DNA of 32,000 nucleotides from Acaryochloris marina S15 (GTDB lineage Bacteria; Cyanobacteriota; Cyanobacteriia; Thermosynechococcales; Thermosynechococcaceae): positions 480,001-512,000 of the forward strand of contig NZ_CP064923.1 of assembly GCF_018336915.1 (NCBI RefSeq). The letters are read 5' to 3'. Every line of letters starts with the position of its first letter. Position 1 is the stretch's first letter. This document shows positions 10,499-19,349 of this stretch, one piece after another. The notes under the pieces were generated by a model. That model was not told the origin of the DNA. It was given only the letters and a program-made list of their open reading frames with translations, and made no database searches. The position numbers and the translations under genes are program-made.

Positions 10499-11479
10499 TT
10501 ATGCCCCATTCTTCTGGAAGGAAGGCTGGGCTATAAAGGTAGGTGTAATCACACCCTGGTCAAAGGGCTGACCGTTGACCCCCATTCCATGGATTACGAG
10601 CTGATGGTCATAGACCGCAATTGCGGCAAAACCGAGCTGTGAACTGGAAAAAGCGGTCCAATCCGACGAGCCTGTGGGCCGTAATCGCGCTCCCACTCCG
10701 CAGGTCAGGTAGGTGGTGCCAGCAATGGGCTGGGTCCGCTCGTAATGGTGTTCATGGCCGTTGATATAGAGCTGGACCTGGTATTTAGCAAACAGGGGCG
10801 TTAACTGCTCACCCAGGCCTGGATAAAGTTTGGGGGTGCCTAGTAATGGCCCTAAGCGCGTAGCTAGCTGCCATTTAATACTATGTAGTCCCGATGCAAA
10901 GATGGGATGATGCCCCAGAACAATCTTCCATTGGGCCATAGATTGAGCCAGCTCGGATTCCAGCCATCGCAATTGGGCAGGCCAGTGGTGACCTGGATTG
11001 GTATCTAGGGCAAAAAACTGTACCGACTCTCGGGTAAAGGTATAGTAGCGACCCGCCATATTGAAACTGGGGTAGCGAATCTGCCCCTCGCCTCCTTGGG
11101 ACATCACGTCATGATTGCCTAACACCGCATGGAATTTGACGGCTTGCTGCAGCAACGGTGCATAGGGTTGCTCGAAGACGGGGCCGATACGCTCCATTTC
11201 TCCTCCATCGTAGATGTTGTCTCCAGCTAAGAGTGCTAAAGAGAACGGATGTCGCCGGTGGAATTGCACCATAGCGTGTGCAACATCATACTGAGCCTGT
11301 TCTCCCGTCCCTACATCACCCACGGCGATAAATTGCCATCGAGGTGCTTGGGCTAACAACGGGCCAGGATGGGGTACCTGGATCTGTAAAGACTGGGCTA
11401 GACTTCTTTTGTGGCCTAAACCCACCCCTAAGGTAGACAGACTGGCTAATGTGAGAAATCTTCGACGATTTAGGGGCAT
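10499..11479 (-). CDS. Tat-exported metallophosphoesterase (calcineurin-like / purple acid phosphatase-like)
   Basis: Twin-arginine leader MPLNRRRFLTLASL. Metallophosphoesterase motifs GDVG, GDNIY, GNHD and GHHP...GHEHHYER. Confidence 0.8.
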   Translation of the reverse strand: MPLNRRRFLTLASLSTLGVGLGHKRSLAQSLQIQVPHPGPLLAQAPRWQFIAVGDVGTGEQAQYDVAHAMVQFHRRHPFSLALLAGDNIYDGGEMERIGPVFEQPYAPLLQQAVKFHAVLGNHDVMSQGGEGQIRYPSFNMAGRYYTFTRESVQFFALDTNPGHHWPAQLRWLESELAQSMAQWKIVLGHHPIFASGLHSIKWQLATRLGPLLGTPKLYPGLGEQLTPLFAKYQVQLYINGHEHHYERTQPIAGTTYLTCGVGARLRPTGSSDWTAFSSSQLGFAAIAVYDHQLVIHGMGVNGQPFDQGVITPTFIAQPSFQKNGA

Positions 11480-11668
11480 CTTGGCTGGCTATGCAGAGGC
11501 GGCAATTTGAATTGAGGTGCGACTTCCACCCTTGAAAATAGTAACTAAATCAGTGCCATGATCAATGTGGTTAAGACTACTCAGTACTGAATAAATGTAT
11601 TGACGCTACGTATTGGCAGACATTGCCATTCAGAATAAAGAAAGTACATTAGCAAGATAGGACTGCTT

Positions 11669-12424
11669 GTGACCCCAGACGATAGCCTATCTAAATCTAG
11701 ACAGCCTCAACTCCAGCTTCAACAGATTGATGTCGTGACTGAGTTGGGTAATCAATATTTACTCCAAAATATTTCTTTGGACGTTTTCACCGGTGAACGC
11801 ATTGGCATTATTGGGGCTTCTGGCTCCGGTAAAACAACGCTATTGCGTCTGCTTAATCGCCTCAGTAGTCCGACGGCTGGTCAGATCCTATTTGAACAAC
11901 AGCCGTTACCCGATTGGCCCGTCTTGTCTTTACGGCAGCAGCTAATGCTGGTGCCTCAAGAGCCTAAGCTTCTAGGCATGACCGTTCAAGAGGCGCTCGC
12001 CTATCCTTTGCAATTGCAAAACTTGCCAGATCAGGACATCGCTAGCCGAGTGCAGACTTGGCGGCAGCGGCTTGGCATTCCTGAAGCCTGGCTAACCTCG
12101 ACAGAACTTCAGTTGTCAGTTGGACAACGACAGCTAGTGAGCTTGGCCCGTGCCTGTGTGACGGAACCCAAACTTTGCCTATTGGATGAACCTACCTCAG
12201 CGCTGGATCCAGGCACCATCGATCGTGTGATCAAAGCTTTAACAGCCAGTACGATGACTTTAGTGATTGCCAGTCACCAATATGAATTTCTGAATCAGAT
12301 CTGCGATCGCATCCTCTGGTTGAACCAAGGCAAACTCATTTTAGATGCCCCCATGAGTGAGATAGATTGGGCAGACATCAAAGCTGAATTGACTGCTCAA
12401 GCGGAACAGGATGATTGGGAGTAG
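11669..12424 (+). CDS. ABC transporter ATP-binding protein (stand-alone ATPase)
   Basis: GTG start. Walker A GASGSGKTT, signature LSVGQRQ, Walker B LLDEPTSALD. Confidence 0.8.
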   Translation: MTPDDSLSKSRQPQLQLQQIDVVTELGNQYLLQNISLDVFTGERIGIIGASGSGKTTLLRLLNRLSSPTAGQILFEQQPLPDWPVLSLRQQLMLVPQEPKLLGMTVQEALAYPLQLQNLPDQDIASRVQTWRQRLGIPEAWLTSTELQLSVGQRQLVSLARACVTEPKLCLLDEPTSALDPGTIDRVIKALTASTMTLVIASHQYEFLNQICDRILWLNQGKLILDAPMSEIDWADIKAELTAQAEQDDWE

Positions 12425-12485
12425 CCCAATTTCCCCAAGATTAAATTTGAACATAGGGCAGTGCCGCCCATTTCCTATTGCCCCT

Positions 12486-14885
12486 TTACTGTCGGTCTTT
12501 GGACTGTTGCTTCCAGATGGTGATGCTGAGATACACCACGCTCAACAAGCAGAGCATTTCCCAGTTCAAACTGAGATTTGCCCAAGTGGGATCGTAAACT
12601 TTGGAGACTTGGAAGGGGGATGTAGACAAACCTTTAGGGACCATGGTATTCACATCCACCAAAGCGCCGTAAGCCCCCACGGACCAGCGACTAATCATAA
12701 GCCAAGACAGAAACCGGGCGATCCCCTCCAAGTCAAACAACACCCCTGAGAACACAATTTGGGGAATCAGGATCAGGGGCAAGGCACTAGCTGCCTGAAT
12801 AGAGGTATTCACAAATGCTGAAACCATCAGTCCAAAGCTCAAGCTGGCAAACAAGGTGAGATAAGTTGTGATGCCACATCCCAGGCCCCAGCCAATTAAG
12901 GAGGGTTCAGGAGCGTTAAAACTTAACTGAATTACTCCCAACACCAGGATGACTTGGACGATAGCCAGAGCTGCATGAATCAGCACCTTAGAGCCTAGGT
13001 AAGGCCATAATCTTAAATTGACTAATCGTTCACGGGCGTAGATTTGGGCCTCTTGAACAATGGTCTGAGACGTACTAGAAAAGCCAACCCACATGGCTGC
13101 ACAAGTAAAAATAAACAACACTCGTAAAGCGAGAGGGGCCTGCATCGGATCATTGGCATTGGCTAAGACCACCAAGGAATTACGATCTTGCAAAGCAAAG
13201 GTAATCAACCCAATTCCCACGGGCGCTGTGAATAACAGCAGGATCAAACTATAGTGCTCCCGCAAGACCAGTGTGAGATACCGTTGACTCAATACCCACC
13301 CTTGCCACCAGGGGTCTGCGCCTTGTCGGAGAGAGCTTTTCATCAAACCCATCCCACTCGGTTCTCCACCACTGAGTACCCTCTGCACATATTTTTGATA
13401 GGTGTCAGATTGCAGAAATTTATGAGACCAAAATTCAACCGCCTGATTCGGATGGGAGCCGACGTCTCCCTTACCCAGCTCGATGTAAATATCAGAAAAG
13501 TATTTGAAATCTGCAGAGGGCATCTGGAAAAACGTCAAAGCTTCCTTGGGAGGCCCAAAGAAACATAAATGCCCCCCTTGCCCCATAAAGGCAATATGGT
13601 CACAAACCTCTAGGTTAGAAGTGGCATGGGTGACCAAGATAATGGTGCGCCCTTGATCCGATAGTTCCCTCAGCAAATTCATCATGGTCTTGTCCAACCC
13701 TGGATCTAGTCCAGAGGTGGGCTCATCCAGAAAAAAGAGTTTCGGATTGGCCAATAACTCAACTGCAATACTGACCCGCTTCCGTTGACCTCCACTCAAA
13801 TTTTGCACTAGCTCCTGGCTCACATGGCTGAGCTGTACCTGCTGCAGGGCTTGAGCCACAGTTTTGGCACTATCGGTGTGGGGCGGTAATCGTAATTGAC
13901 AGGCATAGGTCAACACCTCCATGACGGTCAAATTCTGATGGACAATATCATCTTGAGGCACATAGCCGATTTCTGAACGATATCGGTCAAAGTGTTGCCG
14001 GATATCATCTCCATTCAGCAAGACTTGCCCGGAGGTGAGCGGTTCAATGCCCAGTAGCGTTTTCATTAACGTAGATTTGCCAGCGCCACTGCCCCCCACA
14101 AAAGCCACCAGCTGTTTAGGCTCAATGGCCAAGGACACCTGATTGAGAATCACTTTCTCCCCTTTACCTGTGGGGACTTTGCGCAAGAGCTGATGGGCGT
14201 CAATCCGGATTTGATCTCCGCTATCGACTAACTCCAGGACTCCCTGATGCCATAACAACGTGTAGGGGCCGATTTGGATGGTGTCACGCTCTTTGAGGGT
14301 ATAGGCTGCGTCCAAGCGCTGATGATTAACGAACGTCCCATTGGTGCTGTGGTCTCGGAGGACAAACTGATTGGCTTCATGGCTAATGGAGGCATGACGG
14401 CGGGAAACTGTAGGAGACGGTAACGCCATGGCTGCGTAGCGTTGGCCCACATCACTTCCCAGTTCCACTGGCCATTCTTGTAAGTTGAGTAAATTCAGCT
14501 TTAATTTGCTGAAGATGGCACTGCCCCTGTCCTGACCCGGCTCTAGATAGGTCAGGACAATGAGATTGCGCGGATCTAGGCCAATTTGGAACTGCTTGGG
14601 TTGATCGAGCAGATACCCTGTTTGGGTGGTGATGCGTCTATGCTCGGTAAAAATCCCATTGGTACTGGCTTTGGTCAATCCGTCACCATCATAAATTCGA
14701 TAGTGAGTACCCTGGCGACGGAATACAGCATGACGACTGGATAATGCCTCCCACCCCTCATTGGGCAAGACAAAATCGGCCCACTGGGGATCTCGACCTA
14801 ATCGATGTTCTTCTTGATTTAATAAGAAACGTTTAACCTGACCTCGACTCTTAAGTTCAACAAAGGACTGCTGAAGATCTGTCAT
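12486..14885 (-). CDS. Double-FHA-domain ABC transporter (FHA-FHA-ATPase-ABC2 permease fusion, ABCG-like topology)
   Basis: 799 aa. Two FHA cores (HRLGRD...SRHAVF...STNGIF and VELGSD...SRRHASI...STNGTFVN). Walker A GGSGAGKST, signature LSGGQRKRVSIA, Walker B FFLDEPTSGLD, then about 6 C-terminal TM helices. Confidence 0.9.
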   Translation of the reverse strand: MTDLQQSFVELKSRGQVKRFLLNQEEHRLGRDPQWADFVLPNEGWEALSSRHAVFRRQGTHYRIYDGDGLTKASTNGIFTEHRRITTQTGYLLDQPKQFQIGLDPRNLIVLTYLEPGQDRGSAIFSKLKLNLLNLQEWPVELGSDVGQRYAAMALPSPTVSRRHASISHEANQFVLRDHSTNGTFVNHQRLDAAYTLKERDTIQIGPYTLLWHQGVLELVDSGDQIRIDAHQLLRKVPTGKGEKVILNQVSLAIEPKQLVAFVGGSGAGKSTLMKTLLGIEPLTSGQVLLNGDDIRQHFDRYRSEIGYVPQDDIVHQNLTVMEVLTYACQLRLPPHTDSAKTVAQALQQVQLSHVSQELVQNLSGGQRKRVSIAVELLANPKLFFLDEPTSGLDPGLDKTMMNLLRELSDQGRTIILVTHATSNLEVCDHIAFMGQGGHLCFFGPPKEALTFFQMPSADFKYFSDIYIELGKGDVGSHPNQAVEFWSHKFLQSDTYQKYVQRVLSGGEPSGMGLMKSSLRQGADPWWQGWVLSQRYLTLVLREHYSLILLLFTAPVGIGLITFALQDRNSLVVLANANDPMQAPLALRVLFIFTCAAMWVGFSSTSQTIVQEAQIYARERLVNLRLWPYLGSKVLIHAALAIVQVILVLGVIQLSFNAPEPSLIGWGLGCGITTYLTLFASLSFGLMVSAFVNTSIQAASALPLILIPQIVFSGVLFDLEGIARFLSWLMISRWSVGAYGALVDVNTMVPKGLSTSPFQVSKVYDPTWANLSLNWEMLCLLSVVYLSITIWKQQSKDRQ

Positions 14886-15148
14886 TTTAAATAACGATTA
14901 ATGGAGACTCGTTTTTCATCAAAAAATATCACTTCTTGAAGAAAATCTTCAGAATCTATCGCAAACTAGTTCAAATCGTAATAATAGCTATTATCCACTC
15001 GAAAAAATCGAAAATTATCTCAGTAAATTAATATGTTTGAAAGAGGTTAACGCCTGAGATAGGTCGATAGTTTGGACCCCTAAACTATCAAGTTCGAACT
15101 GCTATTTTGATGTGTTCATACAAAGACTAAGCTATTGGTGGGATCCTT

Positions 15149-16927
15149 ATGCTTGACTCTCCTGACCAACCATTATCACTTCTAGGAGACCGTTATCGCA
15201 TTACTAGAATTCTGAGTGAGGGTGGTTTTGGAACAACCTATTTAGCCATTGATACCCTACTTCCTTCCCAGCGAAAATGTGTCGTAAAACAGCTCAAGCC
15301 CATCGAGGAAGATGCCCACATCAATACACTAGTGCAAGAACGGTTTGAGCGTGAAGCGGTCATTTTAGAATCACTCGGTGGCAGAAGTGATCAAATTCCT
15401 AGCCTCTATGCACAATTTGTAGAAAAGAACGTTTTTTACCTGGTGGAGGAATGGATTGAAGGGGATACCCTCATCGCCAAAATCCAAAAAGAAGGGTTAC
15501 TCAGTGAAAATGCGGTGCAGAAGATCTTGATCAGCCTCCTCAAGGTCTTGAGTGATATTCATGCCGCCAACCTTTTGCATCGCGATATTAAACCAGACAA
15601 TATTATTCTGCGCTGGCAAGATGGAAAGCCGGTCTTAATCGACTTTGGTGCGGTGAAAGAAACGATGGGGGCAGATCAGGCTGAAATGTCTAGCGCTTCC
15701 GTGGTTGTGGGAACACCTGGCTTTATGCCTGCAGAGCAAATCACTGGACAGCCTGTGGATGCCAGTGATCTCTACAGTTTAGGGGTGACGGCGATTTATT
15801 TACTGACGGGCCATATGCCCCAGGAACTGGATACTGATCTGGCAACGGGGCAATATCTTTGGCACCATTTGGTTCCTGGACTCAGTCCTGGGTTTATGGC
15901 AGTGATCGATCAAGCCACGCAGACCCATGCCCATGACCGCTTCCCAACGGCTGAGGAGATGCTACAAGCGTTGCAATTCCATGCCTCTTCTGATGCCTCA
16001 GTCGCTAGCTTTCAGCCGATTCCGACGGCCATTTCGACTCTGCCGACTGATGCGGTTCAGGCATCTCAGCTTGCCGGCCAATATGCGACTCAAATAAGTC
16101 AACCTGCATCTCCTGTACCTAAGCCCAAAGAATGGTATAAACCCATTGTCACAGGGGGATTAATTGGCTTGACCGTTTTGGGCACTTCTACCTTGGCCGC
16201 TCAACATTTACCTCAGTTTTTAGCAGCCTATCAAGATACCCCTGAGGAGAGTGACCCTACGGTTTCTCCGCCACCTCAGACTCTCAGTCCTTCTATCGCC
16301 CAGCCCCCTATCCCAGAAGATCCTCTCCGTCAGCCCGCTGTATCTATGCCAACCAATGCCACTGTCATGGGACGACCGGGGGCCAAAAACATTCGCCTGG
16401 GTGTCGGGACTCAGCAGGGAGTCGTGGGGAAAGCCCGACCTGGAGATCGGGTTCAGGTACTCAAAAGTGCCTACAACGCAGATGGATATTTGTGGTACCA
16501 GATCTTTGCCCCCAAGACGACTACGGAAGGTTGGATTGCGTCTCATTTGGTTGATGTTGATGCTGGCGTGAATACGCTCAAAAAGGTGCGCTCCGTGCGG
16601 CCAAGGCCAATCTTCAAACTGCCTCTGTACAAGCGGCCACAATATCGAAAACTGCCTGTGTTTCGACGCTCACGCCGGGGCTATTGCACCTTTCTGGCTA
16701 ATGATCGGAAACATATTGTCAACGACCCATGTACGATTGCGGATAACAAAGCGGGCACCTATCAAATTCGATGGTCTGATGGCATCTCTACCACCATTAC
16801 GACTGAGCCAAAAGTGGCAATCGATGGTGTGCCAGCGGTTAAAGTTCAAACCAGTGCCACTAGCCTGACGGTGAGTGGCAAGAAAGGCAAAGTTGGCTTC
16901 TGCTGGGATTGTAATCTTGACGACTGA
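15149..16927 (+). CDS. Membrane Ser/Thr protein kinase with extracytoplasmic SH3b-like and Cys-containing domains
   Basis: Hanks kinase motifs (GGFGTTY, VVKQL, HRDIKPDNIIL, DFG, GTPGFMPAEQ). One TM segment (IVTGGLIGLTVLGTSTLAA), a Pro-rich linker, an SH3b-like block (GDRVQVL...DGYLWYQI...GWIASHLV), then a final ~100 aa with four Cys. Confidence 0.9.
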   Translation: MLDSPDQPLSLLGDRYRITRILSEGGFGTTYLAIDTLLPSQRKCVVKQLKPIEEDAHINTLVQERFEREAVILESLGGRSDQIPSLYAQFVEKNVFYLVEEWIEGDTLIAKIQKEGLLSENAVQKILISLLKVLSDIHAANLLHRDIKPDNIILRWQDGKPVLIDFGAVKETMGADQAEMSSASVVVGTPGFMPAEQITGQPVDASDLYSLGVTAIYLLTGHMPQELDTDLATGQYLWHHLVPGLSPGFMAVIDQATQTHAHDRFPTAEEMLQALQFHASSDASVASFQPIPTAISTLPTDAVQASQLAGQYATQISQPASPVPKPKEWYKPIVTGGLIGLTVLGTSTLAAQHLPQFLAAYQDTPEESDPTVSPPPQTLSPSIAQPPIPEDPLRQPAVSMPTNATVMGRPGAKNIRLGVGTQQGVVGKARPGDRVQVLKSAYNADGYLWYQIFAPKTTTEGWIASHLVDVDAGVNTLKKVRSVRPRPIFKLPLYKRPQYRKLPVFRRSRRGYCTFLANDRKHIVNDPCTIADNKAGTYQIRWSDGISTTITTEPKVAIDGVPAVKVQTSATSLTVSGKKGKVGFCWDCNLDD

Positions 16928-17041
16928 GTTGAGGGCAGCGCGAGGGAGTGATTGTGAGGGACAAGGTTTGAGAGCCCACCGCTGTATCTTTTAAGTTCTA
17001 TTCACCCGAAGAGCCGCAGATTGGGCAGCCTGCCACTCTCC

Positions 17042-17842
17042 TTAACCCGATTGGGCTCTGGGGATAGGCATTTGGCTAGTAGTGGCCCCATCTGCCACAA
17101 AACGATTGGATGAAGGGGGGATCTGAGAGGCATCAGAGCGACGCGATGGATTTGCATCCATCAGATAGCTTAGATTGAGACGGTAACCCACGTTCCGTAC
17201 AGTTTGAATGAGCTGAGGTTGTTGGGGGTCTTGTTCAATCTTCTTGCGGAGGGACAAAATATGAGTATCTACTGTCCGTGGATTGTCGATACTTTCTGGC
17301 CAGGCTCTTTGCAAGAGTTCGACCCGGCTGAGGGCGGCCCCTTCTGCTTGGACTAAGACATAGAGTAGGCTAAATTCCTGGGGAGTGAGATCCACTAGCT
17401 CGTTATGGTAGTGAACGCGCCGCTGGATCAAATCAATCCTCAACGCTCCAAAAGAAATTTGTGTGGGCAGGCTGAGACGGCTGCGGCGGCTCAATGCCGA
17501 AATTCGAGCCAAAAACTCTTGCATGCCAAAAGGCTTACCCACATAATCATCTGCGCCTGCCTTTAATCCAGATACCACATCGGCTTCAGTTGTTTGAGCC
17601 GACAACATCAAAATCAGAGGATGCTTCTGGCGCTGTAGCCATCGACAGAGTTCCTGACCCAGACCATCTGGTAATTCAGAGTCAACAATAACCAGATCAG
17701 GTTGATGCTGTTGATAGGCAGCCTGGGCCTGCTTGATACTAGCGCTGAGATGAATAAAGTAGCCTACTTGCTGTAGATGCCAACCCAGAAGAGATCGCAA
17801 GTGAGGATTAGCCTCAACTATTAAGATGTGGAGTGAGTCCAC
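17042..17842 (-). CDS. OmpR/PhoB-type response regulator transcription factor
   Basis: Receiver domain with acidic pocket and phospho-acceptor (DLVIVDSELPDG) and conserved Lys (YVGKPF). Winged-helix output (TPQEFSLLYVL...VRNVGYRL). About 40 extra residues form a C-terminal tail. Confidence 0.85.
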   Translation of the reverse strand: MDSLHILIVEANPHLRSLLGWHLQQVGYFIHLSASIKQAQAAYQQHQPDLVIVDSELPDGLGQELCRWLQRQKHPLILMLSAQTTEADVVSGLKAGADDYVGKPFGMQEFLARISALSRRSRLSLPTQISFGALRIDLIQRRVHYHNELVDLTPQEFSLLYVLVQAEGAALSRVELLQRAWPESIDNPRTVDTHILSLRKKIEQDPQQPQLIQTVRNVGYRLNLSYLMDANPSRRSDASQIPPSSNRFVADGATTSQMPIPRAQSG

Positions 17843-18013
17843 GGAATTTAGGGTCCTGCATTTTGTTACCCCAACGTTAGCAGATAAATTTTAAGGTTTT
17901 GGTAACTGTAGTTACGAACATTCCACACAATGCAATTCTGACCCATAAAAAAGCAGGTCCACCAAAGATTGGGCCTGCTTGAATGCTTGAATCGATTAAG
18001 GGTAAGAGAGGGG

Positions 18014-18406
18014 TTAGGGCTGGTTCTTAGTGGGTTTAATCCACACCAGATTGCGCTTGTTCTTACGAATGAGATGGCCATGTTCTTCTGACATGCGCCG
18101 GGATACTTCCGGAACTAGGCTCTGCTCATGGGAGTGCTTGAGGGCTTCAACCTGTGCAGAGGTCCGGCTCACTTCTCCTTTGATTTCCTGTAATTTGGCT
18201 TCTTGGGTGAGCTGGTGAGGCAGCATGTTACTGAGGGTGTAGAGACAGGTCCCAATCAAAAGAACGTTGACCCCCAAGATTGTTGCGGTTTCGGTGGTCC
18301 GAGCAGCAAATTTAGAACTTTTGCGAGGATGGCGTTTTCTTGCCGATCTCTGCTTCATTTTGCGGGTGGGGCGGGGGTCAGGTTTTGGCTGGGATAATGC
18401 ACTCAT
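18014..18406 (-). CDS. Hypothetical bitopic protein (basic N-terminus, one TM helix, coiled-coil C-terminus)
   Basis: The ORF is open from 18463, but the ATG at 18406 (MSALSQPKPDP...) is the first Met after a non-coding-looking leader. TM segment ILGVNVLLIGTCLYTL followed by a heptad-like QEAKLQEIKGEVSRTSAQVEALK. The topology resembles FtsB/DivIC-type proteins, but no family is assigned. Confidence 0.5.
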   Translation of the reverse strand: MSALSQPKPDPRPTRKMKQRSARKRHPRKSSKFAARTTETATILGVNVLLIGTCLYTLSNMLPHQLTQEAKLQEIKGEVSRTSAQVEALKHSHEQSLVPEVSRRMSEEHGHLIRKNKRNLVWIKPTKNQP

Positions 18407-18813
18407 ATTTTGTTGGCCTTTATAAGGCAGTATGACGAACTGATTTACACCAATGCCAATCAATTAGCGGCATTTTAAAAACGGCAAAGACAGAAGAAAC
18501 AACCTAAATAGGCTGTTAGGTTAACGTTTGCCTTCTAAAACAGGGAACACCAAAATCAAAAACCGGACTTTCCCTTAGGTGGGGACTCGTTGGTTTTGCC
18601 AGCTCCAAAAATAACGTGATGCACGCAAAATTGGCTCAGTGTGTGGCTAGTGTAGCGAATAAAACGAAAAAATGTAAATCAATTGGATAGAAATCTTTAG
18701 TTTTTGTAGAATTCGGCTGTTGGGGTAAATTTTCTCCCGCGACTGGTTATGTAAGTCGATGAATGGGATACGGAAAACCTCCAGCAAAATTGCCATCAGC
18801 TATTAGACGATTA

Positions 18814-18848
18814 AACAAAAAAATAGTGCCTTACTCAAGGTAAAGCAC
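18814..18848 (-). terminator. Candidate intrinsic terminator downstream of psaM
   Basis: The minus strand reads GTGCTTTA-ccttgag-TAAGGCAC (8-bp stem with one G.U pair) followed by TATTTTTTTGTTT. It lies about 95 nt after the psaM stop. Confidence 0.5.
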
Positions 18849-18942
18849 TTGCTTTGTATGTTGATTTTAATGATACTGGATGCCTTATTTGATCAGTGGC
18901 TAAGACCACATCATAAGGAAGCCAGACCTGTGATTGGCATGC

Positions 18943-19038
18943 TTACTTGGAAAGGGCAGTGCCAAGATTGAGTGCTAGCAATGCAGGTAGCAATGCCACA
19001 ACAAGGGCGATCACAATTTGTAGATCTGATAGTTCCAT
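18943..19038 (-). CDS. psaM: Photosystem I reaction centre subunit XII
   Basis: 31-codon ORF, too short to appear in the supplied ORF track: MELSDLQIVIALVVALLPALLALNLGTALSK. It is colinear with the PsaM sequence as I recall it (MALTDTQVYVALVIALLPAVLAFRLSTELYK). GGAG lies 11 nt upstream of the ATG. Confidence 0.8.
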   Translation of the reverse strand: MELSDLQIVIALVVALLPALLALNLGTALSK

Positions 19039-19349
19039 GAATATCAAACTCCATTATTCCCATTTTTATTAGTCTACAATGTCTGCTCCTTCATGCATCA
19101 GGAAAATAGATTGTTACATCACTCAACATTCATCATTGGCCCCAATATAGAAGGAAGCCGCTTCTCGCGAGGTTCGAGCCCTGACAAAGGTCATATCTAA
19201 TATCCGTGAAAATCGGTCTTAGGTCTGGATCGCAATGCTTAATATAGTGTGCAGAAACGTTCACTTTAGCGTTACGTTGAATACCATAGAGACTGTAGGA
19301 TTTGCTACTAAATCCCGCTCCCTAAACCCAGTCCCTCATTGATTGCCAG

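Noticed and set aside
19160-19190. GGTTCGAGCCC, a tRNA T-loop-like motif, considered as a possible tRNA gene or fragment.
   Set aside because: The flanking bases form at most a 3-bp T-stem. No acceptor, D or anticodon arms can be drawn.
19039-19349. A possible yybP-ykoY (Mn) riboswitch upstream of the TerC-family gene, a common association.
   Set aside because: I could not find the conserved riboswitch core blocks or a convincing four-way junction by eye. An Rfam scan would be needed before making any claim.
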